This document shows, piece after piece, positions 39,510 to 54,915 of a stretch of DNA of 64,000 nucleotides. The notes beneath the pieces are model-generated. The model worked only from the letters and a program-made list of their open reading frames with translations. It was not told the origin of the DNA and did no database searches. The stretch is from Peribolospora baueri (taxonomy: Eukaryota): NCBI GenBank assembly GCA_029717555.1, contig JAMDHS010000056.1, positions 1 through 64,000 on the forward strand, given 5' to 3'. A program made the translations under genes and the position numbers. Position 1 is the first letter of the stretch. Every line of letters starts with the position of its first letter.

Positions 39510-42108
39510 TCATGCATCTTGCCAATCCAGGCCGCCGAGAAGGGCCACCCGACTGGGCAATCGGCCGGGGAAGGGAGAGAGGATAGTGAATTTTTTCTTG
39601 ACCGCGTCGATGTTTGCTCTGCAGTGATCGGATGGTGTGGGATGACATACGCGAATGCAAATGAGATAACAGGAGGTGGACGAAACGAGACGAGACGAAA
39701 GATGCATCAGCACAACTCACACATGAATGAACCCATATACGGGTCTATCCAACACCTCGTCCCCCACCTCCTCCTCCCCCCTCGCCGCTTTGGCACCCTT
39801 TTCCAAATCGACCTGGACGAGGGCGAGGACGGAATGCAAGAGAGCCGCCTGATCTGCTTGGCTGTTCGCGGGATCGAGGCGGACGAGCTGCGTCTCTGTG
39901 ACGGTCCGACTCGCTCCGATGGGGAGTGCCGACGAGGGCGCCATGCTTTCTTGTCCGACTCTGTAGACGGCTAGGGCTTCGAAGCCCACCTGGGTGGAGT
40001 GAGGGGATAAGGGGGGTAGCCCGCCCACAGGGTCCGCGTGGCCCGGTAGGAGGGGCGGGGCCGAGGAGCCATCGGAGGCAGTAGACGACGACGAAGGTAG
40101 AGGGAGGCCGCCGTAGAAGTAAGAGCGGATCTGGGCTGAGCGCAGTCGCTCTCGGTACATTTCGTCAACTTCGACAACCTGCGAAAAAGGTACGAATGTC
40201 AATCGGGCTCAAGGAAGAACAAACTCTGTGTCGCGGCGTGTCGCCGTACTTCTACTCACCCCTCCCGACTTGGGTAACTTCAACACCGAGATTCTTGGCT
40301 CCTTGTTCGCCCCATCTCCAGCAGCAGAAGCGTTGGTTCCGCCCCCCGCACCACCTCCGAAGAGCCTGTTCATCTCGATATGAAGCTTCTCGTGACCGAG
40401 GACGAGGATGAGATCGACGGAGAAGGCGCGCACGATGTGCTGGATGAAAGCATATCTGCTTCGAGAGTCCGCTGAGGTTATCCCTGCCGTGTCGATTAGG
40501 AGCCCTGAAACGCGGGCTGTGGGAGAGGAAAGGAAGAGGACGAGAATGCGAGCCAAGTTTCAACGACCCGTGCAGAAGAGAAATGAAGGCCGTACAATTG
40601 CTTCCAAAAAAAACCACCCACGCACCTCTCCCATCCTTTGCCAACCTCTCTTCGGTCCCTTTGGCGGCACTGACGACAACCCTCTCGGTCAGCCTCTCAT
40701 TGTCCCTCACAGTCTCCCTTCCGAGCCAGTAGGTGAGTGGAACAACGTGCGGAGCCGCGTTGGGAGTGGGGACGATGGCGCCAGTGGTGGGTGTCGTGCC
40801 AAAGGAGAGGGAAGGGACTGAGGTTGGGATGCCGTTCGTGGGGAATGGAGAGAGTGGGAGCAGGGTAAAGGTTTGTGGGATCGGTGGGAAGCCCTGGGAA
40901 AGAACGAGGGAGGGATAGCTATGAGAAAACTGATCCCGCAGATCGGAACGACTGAACGAGCTCATGATATCAACCACTCGCTCACCTCTCCAGGATCAAG
41001 ATTGACGATAACGGGACTCCACCCCATCGCCTCCTCCCTCGCCAGCCTCTCCTTCTCTGCCTCCGTGTTCTCCTTCTTACCATCCTCTTCCTCCTCGTCT
41101 CCCTCTCCTCGCCCCTTCACAGCAGTGTCACTGACCGCAGTGCCGGCCGCTGTTACTGTTGGCTCGACGACCCTGCCCACGGCAGGACTCTTGAGCGCAT
41201 AGTTTGCCAACAGCTTCACCAAGCTCGTCTTGCCGCTCCCCTCCGGGCCGAGGACGAGGACACGCGGTCCGTAGCTCTCCGCTGATACGCCATGTCGAGA
41301 GGCTGCTTCAGATTTGAGCGAGCCCCATTCAACCTGAGTGTTGTTTTGCGCTCCCGAGTGAGCAAGAGGCGGTGGAGCGGTCGAGGGCGGATAGTCGGGA
41401 TGGGAGCGGAGGTGGTTTCGCGCTAGGAGGCGTAGGCGCTCAAGGTGGAGGTGGAGGTTGGCATAGGCAGTGAAGATGGGAGAGGGCTCGTCGGCGAGGT
41501 ATTCCGTCGAGGCGGTTCCTGCAATGTGCTGGGAGAAGGAGGCGCAACGAGACCAAGAAAGCAGGAGAAGGAGAGGTAAGAAGGTGCTGTTCCATAAGCA
41601 AGCCGAGCTGTCCGAGGACTAGCCTGCCAGGTGGCCAGTTATCACGACTCCTTCGTTCGCTCGCTTAATTCAGGACGATCCAGTCTCTCTTATGATCGAG
41701 TATAGACAGCAGAGCGATAGAAACGAGGATGACGACCAGTCGGCCTGCCGAGCTCCGCCCTCTCCCTCCTCATCCGACCGACGACCGGCGGCCGATCGAC
41801 CATCCGTCCGTCCGTCCATCCATCCAGTACTGAGAACCGTCTGCAATACTCATCTCGATCTCAGCTCCATCCCAACTACACACCGCCGCCTTGGTCTCCT
41901 CGGCGAAAGCATACCACCGCTCCTCAGCGGGCACCATCTCAGCGCCGAAGATCTCTGCGGCGCCGGACCGCGGGACGAGGCGGATGGAAAGCCTCTCGCC
42001 TTGCTCGGCCAGCTCGAAGCGATACTCGGAGCGGGGGGGTAGCGTCTGGAACCGGCGCGGCACGGCAGCGGCCGAAGAGGATGCCGTGGGCCCCGTTGGT
42101 GCGGCCAT
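39510..42108 (-). CDS. CLP1: Polynucleotide 5'-kinase / mRNA cleavage factor Clp1
   Basis: EYRFEL, GAAEIFGAEM, GPRVLVLGPEGSGKTSL, VNLDP, LLIDTAG, VLGHEKL, KLPKSGGV, IRSYFYG and SMAPSSALPIG. Confidence 0.95.
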
Positions 42109-42395
42109 GATGGTCAGTCAAGGGGAAGGGCAAAAGGTGGAATTGGACGTGTTTGATCGCCTCTTCCATATCATAATCAGCGGTCGCCGGTCACGTGCGA
42201 GAGGTCCGATTGATGCTCGCGCACGCGTGCCCGTGCTCGATCGGTCTCGCACACCCGGCCGCGCCCTCCGTTCCCTTCCGCCTTTGCCCTTCTCGCCCTT
42301 CTCTCGGCTTCGCTTCGCCCGCCGCCCGTCGCCTCTTCTTCTCTCCCCCTCTCCTCCATCCTCTCCTCCATCCCCTTCCCTTCCTCTCCCCAGCC

Positions 42396-44810
<2,415 letters not shown>

Positions 44811-45544
44811 GCGCGCTCCCAGTTGTAGTTCCAACATCTAAGAGACATCGTGTAAGGAAAAGTGGGCCTCGTAGAATTTATCCTCCACATCGTCCCATTT
44901 GTCCTCTTGAGCCGTTGGCCCCTACACCCTCCCTCCCTCCTTCCCTACCTTCCTTCCTCTTGTTCCACTCGCATTATTCTGCCTCCTCCGTCGTCAGCAA
45001 CATGAACAAACATGCGTTTTCATAAGCGAACGACGCGTTGCGCTGAAGGTGGAGGGAGGCATAACCCGTCGAGCACTGTAAAGGCAAAGACGAATTATGG
45101 AAGGGTGATGAGAAAGGATGAACGAGAACCTAATACACAAAGGGGATAGCTATTAGCCCTCATGAACACAGGCGGTATGAGTGCCAGGTCAAAGGGCGTA
45201 AGCTGAATGTAGATGTCATCGTCATGATCATCGTCAGCGTGAAGGTCGAGTCGGTTCTTGTCCTTGACAGTCTGCACGCTGCCTCTTCGAGCGAGGCGCT
45301 GCGGCAGCACGGCCTGGGATCGATCGAGAAGACAACGAACCGAACGACTTTCGGTCCATTTGTGGAGCCTTCCTTGCCTCCTTCTCTTGCCCGCTCCTTC
45401 CACCTCCCTTATCGCCTCTGCAATCAGCCACGCACAGCCGGTGAGCGAACCAGTGAGGGGTGAGACTGCCACCGAACAAAGCACAGCACGGTATCGCAGC
45501 GCAATAGGAGCCCGAGAAGAGAGTGAGCAAGGAGATCGTCGTCC

Positions 45545-47114
45545 ATGTCGGAAGGTGAGCGAGTCGGCTCGAGCAGTTCCAGCAGAGCGATGTGGGCTTG
45601 CCGTTTAGGTCATTCGACCTCATTTTTCCTTATCTTCTCGTTGCTTGGTTGTTTGCCCTGATGATCCACATGAGCCAGAGCACGACCAAGTCCTCGCGGA
45701 GGAGCTGGAGGTGCTCGAGTCTATCTACGTAGATGAGCTCGAGAGTGAGTCTCCGTCTGCGTCCATTGGCCCTAACGCAGATGGAAGGAGGAAGGGCGCA
45801 TTACTTCAAGAAGGCAACGGAGAATGGAGGACCTCACCTGCGCTTAGCCTTTGTTCGCCTCCACCTTCTTCACCGTCGGGTCGGGCACGTCTTGCGGTAC
45901 ACAGAGATCTCCAAGGACGAACTTCGGATACGAGTAGAGCCGGAGGAGCAGCCTAGTGGAGAGGGCGGTTCTCGTGGGTTTTGGAGTCTTCTTCTTTCGT
46001 ATCTGGTTTACGTCGCCTTCCGCGCTGGACCCAGCTCAGCTCAACGGTCGGGCTCGCTTGCTGACTTTGCCATCTATCGTGCTCACCCCGCTCCTCGACT
46101 TTCCGCAGCCATTGTCCTCTCCTTGCACGTCACATATACCCCTACCTATCCTGATGACTTGCCCGAGCTGGAAATTGACGAGGTGGAGGGAGGTCTCGGC
46201 GAGGAGGGCAAGGAGGAGATGATGCGCCAGCTCAAGGAAGTGGTGAGTCCGGTCGCACTCGATCTTCGTACTCCTCTTCTCCCAGAGGCAGACACAGCTA
46301 ATGCGCGCCGAGTCGATCCTCCATTTTATTTCGCTGGCCACGCAGGGCGAGGAATCAAAAGGTATGGCCATGGTCTTCACCCTGGCCTCCCACCTCCGCG
46401 AGGCGCTCACCGCCTTCGTCAGCGAGCAAGCGGAGCGAAGACGGAAGGCCGAAGAGGAGAAGGCTGCAGCCGAGGTCGAGGTGCGTCTCCCTTCTCCCAT
46501 CCTTCGCTTCTGTCTATTCTTGGGGCTCTTCTTCTTGCGCCAGTCTGAACCTGCGTTTCCTTCGTTTCTCTCGTCATTCCTCCTACGCTCCATATGCACG
46601 TGCGCAGGCGGAGCAGAAAAAGTTTCAAGGGACGCCTGTGACACCCGAGTCGTTCGCGAAATGGAAGAAGAAGTTTGACGAGGAGATCAAGGCGGCCGCG
46701 GTCAAGGCGGAGGAGGAGCAATTGAACAAGATGAACGCGAAGGAGAGGGAAGAGACCAAGAAGGCGGCCGCCAAGTTGACCGGTGCGTCCATAGATTCAG
46801 ACTAAGAGGCGACCGCTGTGACGCGTCGCATTCTTGTTCCCAGAAGGAAGGGCCCTCATTGACGCACATCGTGCGGATCTCCTTTGCCTTTGTTTTTCGG
46901 CCCATCGTACACGTCACGCACAGGACGAGAGCTCTTTGAACGCAACCTTGTGCGCGAGGAGGAGGGCGACGGTGAGGAGGAAAGCGATGCCGAGGGTGAA
47001 AGCAGGCGTGATGAAGGTGATCGTGAAGGGAAAGGCGATCATGAGGAGCAAGCTACGCCCGGTGATTTCAAGGAGCATGCCGAGGAGGCGAGCGAGTCTG
47101 TTGAAGCGGCATAA
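45545..47114 (+). CDS. GIR2: RWD-domain protein Gir2/RWDD1 (DRG2 partner)
   Basis: 10-nt first exon, then EELEVLESIY, YTPTYPDDLP, GMAMVFTL, KFQGTPVT.ESF.KWK and LTGRELFE, followed by an acidic tail. Confidence 0.9.
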
Positions 47115-48424
47115 GAGGGTAGCGAGGAGGGTCGTTCTTGTCACGAGGAGTGATGGGCAAAGGAAGGGAGAGGACTCGACTTCCGAGGATTTGTCGTACG
47201 TAGACGTAGAGAGACCGGATGATGATGATGGCGACCACAGGGATTTTTGCCGCATGCTTTGTAGTCGTTCTTGGCTGCTCATTTCACTCAGCCAGAGCAG
47301 GTCCGCCCCGTCTCACTGTCTGACAACACGGCGTTCCTTTCTTTCACCACTTCCCCCGTCCTGACTGTTTGACTTGCCTCATTTCATTTGCGACGGTACA
47401 CATCATTGAGCCCTGGGGCGCTCATTACTCGTCGTCGTTCCAGCCGAGACCGACACGTCCATTTCTTCGTCACTGACGGACGTCTCTTTCCTCCTCCGCC
47501 CGCCGGAGCCAGAATCGCCCCCCCCCCAAAGGTCGTGTATGACCCTTCGCCGACGATCGTCCATGAATGGATATACCCAATCCGCCAAGGACACCAAGGT
47601 CTATATCGAAACTTCCATGGACACCTGCGAGTTCAGAGGCGGACTCCCACGTCAGAGGATGAGACCAGGGGTGGATTAGGAAGTGGGCGCGAGGCGGATT
47701 GACCATCGTACAGCATACGTAGTCATCGACAACAACCTATACCAGCTCAGGGAGATGGATGATAACGCGCCATGCTGGTCTTCTGATCTGAGGAAAACAG
47801 GAAAAGTCAGCGGTCGGTCGTGGCTGATTGGATCTCCTTAAGTCGACGTACTCGCTGTGTCTGGATAGCACATCGACAAAGGCGGTCAACCCTGCAGGCC
47901 AGTTCGACTACGACGAAGCACTCCCAGAGCCTGCAAGAACAGCTCAGATGTTCGTCAACAATTTGCCATTCTTTCGCGGTCTCTACAACAGGGATATCGT
48001 CTTGGGATGACGTTTTGGTGGACACGAACAGGTACGAGAGGACGGAGAACAACAGCAAGGCATTGTCCTCAGACGCAGATAGAGCGTTGTTGTTGCTTAC
48101 AGGGAGCGTCTCGACCGTGCTCAATGACAAGTACGAGATAGAACCGCACTCGGCGCTCTCGAGGACTTCGAGACCTTGTGCCAGGTTCCACTGGATCGCC
48201 CCTTCAGGTGCCCCGCTGGCAGAAGCTGAAGTCGCCCCTGCTCCGATGCTCCAAGAAGAGCCTAATTCCGCAGCTGCGTGCCGGCTTTCGCCTCTACGGG
48301 CGGCGACATGCGAGAACATATGGCCAGCACACGTGCGACGTGTTGGTTGAGAGGAAGACGGAAACGAGTCGAGTATCGCCTTCGACAGCTCCATATTTCC
48401 TTGCGGAAGCTTTCCTTTTCGCCG

Positions 48425-51400
48425 TCATCTGCCTCTTCCTCCCCTTCCATTACCGAGGAAAGCAGCTGCGGACGCGGATGTGCACGGTTCAGGACAACTA
48501 GCATTTAGCAAGGTCTGCAAGCTGCCACTTGGCCGAGATATTGTCCTCTGCACGACCGCCGCTCACCCTTCTTCTCAGATGCCTCCTCTCTAGATTCGTA
48601 CGATAAAACGAGCTGCTTGAGCTGTTGCTGCTCGGCCCTGTCGCGCATCTGCTTCGTGCGGGTGTTCACGGCCATTGCCGCGTCGATCGGGACCTGCACA
48701 TCTCGCGTCTAAGGCGATGAATTGAACGAGTCAGACGAATGCATGCACGACATCAGGGGTTATTGTCTGATGAGCCATCCGAGGCTTACCTGGTGCTTGT
48801 TCCCCTTCCTCGAGAGTAGCGAGAACGTCATGTGACGCTCGTCTTCGGCCGCTTCGGCCGCATCGTCATCCTTCTCCTTCGGCCTTCCCTCATTGAGCCT
48901 TTTCACGAAGGGAATGCTGACATCCATGAGGCCTCCTGCAGCCCTTCCAGTCTTGTTGCGCGAGTCGCTGTTGTCGGCCATCATCTTGGCAAGCTCGCGC
49001 GCGAACTCCTCTTCTGCCTCCTTGTCGATGGCTTCTTGACGCTCCCGGAGAAGTACGACATGTTCGTCCTCCTCGTCCGTGATCGCCTGCTCCTCGTCCT
49101 CTGCAGATTCCTGTGAGGTGTGCGAGCAGAATGAGTATATCTCATCGGGCAGTCTGGACGGCGTTAGCTGGGCTCACTTCTGCGTTCGAGAAGCCTTCCT
49201 CGTCCTGATCCAAGTCTGAGCGGCCAGCTCTCCCGCCTTCTGTCTCGTCCGCACTGTCAGAACCTTCGCTTTCGTCACCTTCATCGTTCATATTGGCTAA
49301 CGGGCCGGCGTGGAAGGAACGGAATGAGCTTTAGATAAAAAAGGAAAAGACTAGCGAGTAAGAACGTATACGACGTACCTGCCGTGTTTTGCAGATTTGA
49401 CGCCAGCATGTCATCGACGGCCTGCGCGGCACTTTCGAACGTGCGCATAAGACCCATATTGGGACGAAGATTCTATGAAGCAAGGAACATCGCGAGTGAG
49501 CTAAAAGCAGTTATGGCAATTCGATTGGCTCGATCTTCTCTCCTCTCGTTCGCGCACCTCGATCGTGTCCGAGACCATAAAATCCACATCCATGGGCATC
49601 GGCTCCTTGCACAGGATGTACATCTGCGATGCCCGGAGAGCAAAAAAAGTCAGGATGGACTCCAGAAGTGGCCGACAGACCAGCGCCCGCACTCACCTGG
49701 AAGAAGACGAGGAAGTCGTCGAGCTTCTTGCGCAGCGAACCACGATCGAAGCACATGCCGCACGTATCGAGCAGAGTGCAGACGAGCCGAATACGGAAAA
49801 AGTCATCTGCAGCGTCCAAAGGAGACACTTGACCAGGCAACGGACGACCTTCGGCTGTGGCAACGAGTCGAGAAGACAGTGTCCCACATTAGTCTCCAAC
49901 CTCGGAACGGGTGAAGCTGTGGCGAAGGGCTCACGATGTCCGAAAGTGACCAGTGACCAAAGCGTGTCGAAGATGACGGCCGAGTTAATCAGCCGATAGT
50001 TGTACAGCTCGCCCAAGTACTTCATCGTCGCCACCCTGCGCTGGTTGTGCTTGAAGATGTTTTGCTAAGAGGAGCGGCGAACATCATGAGCGACCAAATT
50101 TTAACCACACGGTCACGCGATCCATATATTTCGTGCAGGACTTACCTCCATTCCGACCCGGACGTTTTCCAGCACCGCATCGATCACACCGACGGTAAAG
50201 TCCAAATGGTACGGTTGAAGGTCATGCGCGAGCATGGCGAGAAGCGGGATATGGCTAAACTTGATCCGCCACACCTTCGTGAAAGCATGGTGCAGAACCT
50301 TGACGACCTGCTCACAACACACACGTCGCTTCGAGTCAGCGAAAGAAATTGATCCGGAGAAAGGCCGGTGCCAACGGGAGCTCGACGTACCTCTTTGTCG
50401 TCCCAATGTAACTTGCGAAGCAGCTTGAGCACCTTCTCGAGCGTCCGTTTCGCGAGCCTGTCGTAGATGAGATGCCTGATGTACAGCTCCATTGGCGATC
50501 GCTCCTTTTGCTTTACAACTTTTCGCTCTGGAGGATTGCACTAGCGTGGGCCGACGTCGACGAGTTTGCACGGCCGGTCAGAACGAGCGGGTACGGGCGT
50601 ACGACGTTCAAGCGCAGACTTGTCCTTACCAGGTAGTAGGCATTGTCGAGCAACAGCATCTGACGCTGGTCAAAGTGCTGCGCCGCTCGCTTTCGTCGAA
50701 ACAGGTCGAGCTGACGGTCGATGGGGAAGAACAAAGACGAACGTGAGCGTCGGCGGAGCGAGGATACGCAGCGATACGTCGCAACCCGTCAGAACCGACC
50801 ATCTGGGCCATCCTGGGACCGGTTTCCTCTCTGCGCAAAAGGTAGCGACCGCAGTTCTCGAGCAAAACGCAGAAAATGTCGATGTTCGGTCCGGTGAAAT
50901 CATCCAGGACGACCTTGAGGCAATGGAAGATGGCGTGGGTGGGCGTCACTCCGAACTTGGTGAGCTCGGCCCAGAACCGGGCGTTCTGCGCGTGGAGACG
51001 GACGGGCGAGCATATGCAAGAGCAAAACGACCCTTCGTCACGATTCAACGCCATAAAGGGAAGAAAAAAAAAAGGTGGGCACCTTCGCTCGCGTCTCGCT
51101 CAAGTCAACGCTCTTCTTCCTCTGCAAAAAACGAAACTCTTCGTCGAGCTGTCACGTAGGGGCACATGTCAGCATGAGCGTTTCGGCCCCACGAGCACGA
51201 GCACAGACACGAGGCGCAACTCACGAGCGAAACGACACCGGAGCCGACTTCGGACATGAAGGGGTGGAGCGTGGCGATTAGTCGAGCGTAATAGGGGATG
51301 AGGTCTGGTCGGTTGCGCGGTATCGCAGACAGGAACTTGGAGGCGAGGCGAGGGAAGGCAGTAGAGGGCGGAAAAAAGTGGAAAATATTAGCACAGACGG

Positions 51401-53871
51401 CGGGGTGAAAGGGCGAGAAAACAAACCTGCCGTTCAGCATTACCTTGACGAGCTTCTTCCTCGCAATCTTGCTATTCAAGAAGCCAAATTCGACGGCCGC
51501 CTGATCGATCATGACGCGGTTCGTCATCTCCGGCAGACGGGCAAAGAGCGCGTTGAGCTGTGTCGCCGGCCCTGCGTTCAGGCCTTCTTCGGCTTGACCG
51601 GACGAATCTTCAGGCCTCTCAGTCGGAGGGAGACTGGTGACGAGGCGAAGGTGAGGCAGAGAAAGTGGTGACGAGGCGAAGGTGAGGCAGAGAAAGTGGT
51701 GACGAGGCGAAGATGAGGCAGAGAAAGAAGAGGTGTCAGGATGCGTGCGTGTTCGGGCGAGACGCCAAGAAAAGAGTCCTCAGCTCACTCATCCCCATCG
51801 GACTTGGGCGAAGCCAAGCCAGACCCTGGAGCTGGAGCCGCGGCGTCATCGACGTCCATCTTGTCAGCCTCCGCCGCTCGCTGCGCCTCCTTGAGCTCCT
51901 CCTTCTCTTCCGCTCCCTCCTTGTTCTTCTCCTTCTCCTTCTCCTTTTCTTTCTCCTCCTTCTCCTTCTCCTTTTCTTTCTCCTCCTTCTCCTTCTCCTT
52001 GATCGGGTCATTTCCGCCGGTGGCCTGGAAGAGCATGACGCCGGGCACCAAATCGCGCAAGTCGACGAGCTCCTCGTAGAACCTGCGCGTATCCTCGTCC
52101 TCCCACACGCCGCCGGTGTAGTCCACCTCCTCGCCGCCGCCCAGGAGCGAGTTCTTGGAGTCGATGATGAGCGTGCCTTGGGACGCCGCGGAGGAGTCTG
52201 TGAGCGTGGGCATCGGTACCGAGAGCATATCCGACAGGCTGGACGAACAAGTGACATAAGAAGGATGAGCAGGGAGGGCGGCGGATGAGCAGAGAGGGCG
52301 GCGAGAAGAAAAAAAAAATTTACCTTTGGCAACTGGCGAGCAACTTTTCGTAGGCCTTGGTCATCCGTTCGTAATTCTGCTGACGGTCCTCAAAGATTTC
52401 ACCCGACTTGACGTAAGCGTCGTAGTTGCGACGGTCTTGCTCTTGAAGGCGCTGCAGGACAGGAAGGCGAATGAACCGTAGGAGATTAGATTAGCGCGCG
52501 CCGTTTCCGACACCGCGCTCGATGTGAGGAGGGAGCCATCGGAAAGACGACGACGACGACGACGACGCTACGCACGTGGTGTTCCCTGACGAGCCTCCTC
52601 GAGAGCGTCTCGAAATAGGTGGTGGCCAGACTCCTGAACCTGGCCCTGAGCTCCTTCGGCACAAGCGCCTCGTCAGGCTCTTCTCCGAGCGCGGGGAACT
52701 CCTCCGTCCCGGTGGACTCGGTCGTATGACCGCCTTCGGTCGAAGCCGGCGGCGCGGCTATAAAGGTGGAGCCGTAATTCTTGCAGAAGGAGAGCAGGAT
52801 GGGAACGTTGACGTGTTCTCGATCCGTCGAGAGCTTGAAAAGGGAGTAAGCGAACGAACCGATGGAGACGTCAGTGTCCCACGCCGTGCAGCGTTCCCCC
52901 CCTAAGCCGACCAGTGGGGCTCACCAAATCCTTCAACACGGCGTAGACGATACACTCTCCGCCCTTCTTCCCGGACGGAGCCCCCTTATCCGCCTTGCCC
53001 TTCTCGGCCGCCCCATCGGCAGACTCAGAGTCAGCGGTGCCTCTGGCGATGCCGACGAGCCACAGCTCGGCGAGGACACGAAGGAGCGTCCTCTGGCGGA
53101 CGACGCGGGCCGACTCTTCGCGCTCACGCGTCTCCGTGGGGAGGGAGGCGAGGGCAGACTTGGACGGCGGGCTGAGGGCGGTATGGAGGTTAGAGATGAG
53201 GGGACGAGTGAAGAGGTGGGAGAAGCGGGCGTGGAGGGCGGAGATGACCTGGGAGGGGAACGGAGGGGAAGAGAGTGGTCGGTGCGAAGCGAGGGGAAGG
53301 TCAGTTTCTGGTCCATGCTTCTCCGAGGACCACACGACGCTTTCCCTCTTCGTCCCGCGCACCTCAACTGCGGCCCAAACGTCCTGTCCCATCTTAGCCT
53401 TGATGAGCCCCTCCCCAACGGCCTGAACAATCTCCTCGAGGTACTTTTCGAGGGAGACCGTTTGAACCTCCTTGAGCAATGCCTCGCGGTTGTCCGCGCC
53501 CATGGAGGCGCGGAGTTTCTTGATGAAGGCGGTGTTGCGCTTCAGAGACGAGTCGAGGGTCTTGGGCGTGTCTGTGGCGACGAGGGATAGGACGAGGCGA
53601 GAGGACGAGGAAAGGAGGTGAGCGGCGGTACGATGCGATGCCCATCGCTCGCCGAGAGCGCTCGCATTCGGGTCAGCAAGCTCGCCCTTTCCTCCTTGCC
53701 ACCACTGGTCAGGATCTCACCTTGAGGACCAGCAGCCCAAGCATCCTCGTTCCTCCTCCGCAGCTCGATCCTCTTCCTGTCCTTGGCCTTTCCGTCTTCC
53801 TTGCTCCCGCCAGCGACGACGTCCTTGGCGGGCTCGGACGGCGCCGGGGCTGGTGCGGCGGTGGCCATCAT
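48425..53871 (-). CDS. UPF2: Nonsense-mediated decay factor Upf2/Nmd2
   Basis: LDSSLKRNTAFIKKLR, SLEKYLEEI, WEDEDTRRFYEELVDL, DLIPYYARLIATL, LLENCGRYL, KYLGELYNY, DDFFRIRLVCTLLDTCG and EQQQLKQLVLSYE. The last exon is inferred as AAFLGNGRGGRGR*; an alternative acceptor would end the CDS at 48262. Confidence 0.95.
51635..51727. repeat. 31-bp tandem repeat, 3 copies, in a UPF2 intron
   Basis: TGGTGACGAGGCGAAGGTGAGGCAGAGAAAG starts at 51635, 51666 and 51697 (one mismatch in the third copy). Confidence 0.95.
51925..52001 (-). repeat. Coding (KE)n low-complexity repeat in UPF2
   Basis: Encodes KEKEKEEKEKEKEKEEKEKEKEKEK, including an exact 24-nt internal duplication. Confidence 0.85.
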
Positions 53872-54915
53872 TCGTTGTCGATCGAGCGGACGGGGAGAAG
53901 AGGCTGGACCGGGCAGGCTAGATGGAGTAAATGGGGCGCGACGTCGGTGTAGGGTGGTTAAGAGCTGAGAGGCGGGCGAACGAGGCGACAGACGGAAGAC
54001 GAACGAAAGATATCTAGATGATCGGGGACGACGTCTCGGAGACCGTCTCGGAGACGGACGACGGCGGATGAACCGGGCGTCTGTCTGACTTGTGCGTCCA
54101 AGGAGGGATGTGCGTGTGTGCAGAACGAACGCAAAAGCGGCTGATCGTCGTCGTCGTCGTCTGGGTCGTCTCGCTCACGCTTTCGCAAGGTCGGCCCACC
54201 CACGTCGTCCAAGGGTCTTTCAAGGTAGGGTAGGTCAAGCAGTGAGGTGCTGCGGTCTTCGTTCGGTAGATGGGACACCGTCGGGACGCATTTCCACCAT
54301 CTCGACTCGCGTCTCGTCGCCATCTCATCTCATCTCAAGACGTCCACGACATCCATTCATCATTACAGACGCCGTCCCCGCGAAAGAAAGAGAGGCAGGC
54401 AGGTGGGGCTAAGGGGTGACGGTAACATACTCGAATGCCGGGTTGGGTTGCCCAGTCAGTCAGTCATCGGTCAGTCTCTATGAGCGGAGGCGACCCACCG
54501 AGTGGGAGAGAAGGGGACATGCGAAAGAGACGGGTGGGGGGAAGGGCGGGGCGAGTAGGCAAGGACGGGATGGAGGGATTCTCCTGCGAAGGAAGGAAGA
54601 AGCATGCTGCGATACAACGAACGACGGACACGACGAGGCGGGCGAGGCGAGAAGCGAGTCCGGGCAGACAAACAGACCAAAGAAAGATGGGAGGACGGGG
54701 GGGACTGTGCCAAGGGGTGCTTGGGGCGTATCGCCAAAGAGCAGAGGCAAGGCCGGCAGCATAAAAAGATAGAGGCATGAAGAGGAAGAGGTATCCAGAG
54801 GAAAAGGCCCGCCACGGTGGACGAACAAAAGAGAGGAACGAGATGAAGAGAAGAGAGGATACGAATCCGAACGCACGATGGATGGACGACGAGACGAGGG
54901 CGGGGACGACGACAT

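Noticed and set aside
45095..45484. Small minus-strand ORF between ATP2 and GIR2
   Set aside because: Non-ATG start, no recognisable motif, and no coherent splice structure.
51635..51727. 31-bp direct repeats as a CRISPR array
   Set aside because: The copies are contiguous with no spacers, lie in a eukaryotic intron, and no cas genes are present.
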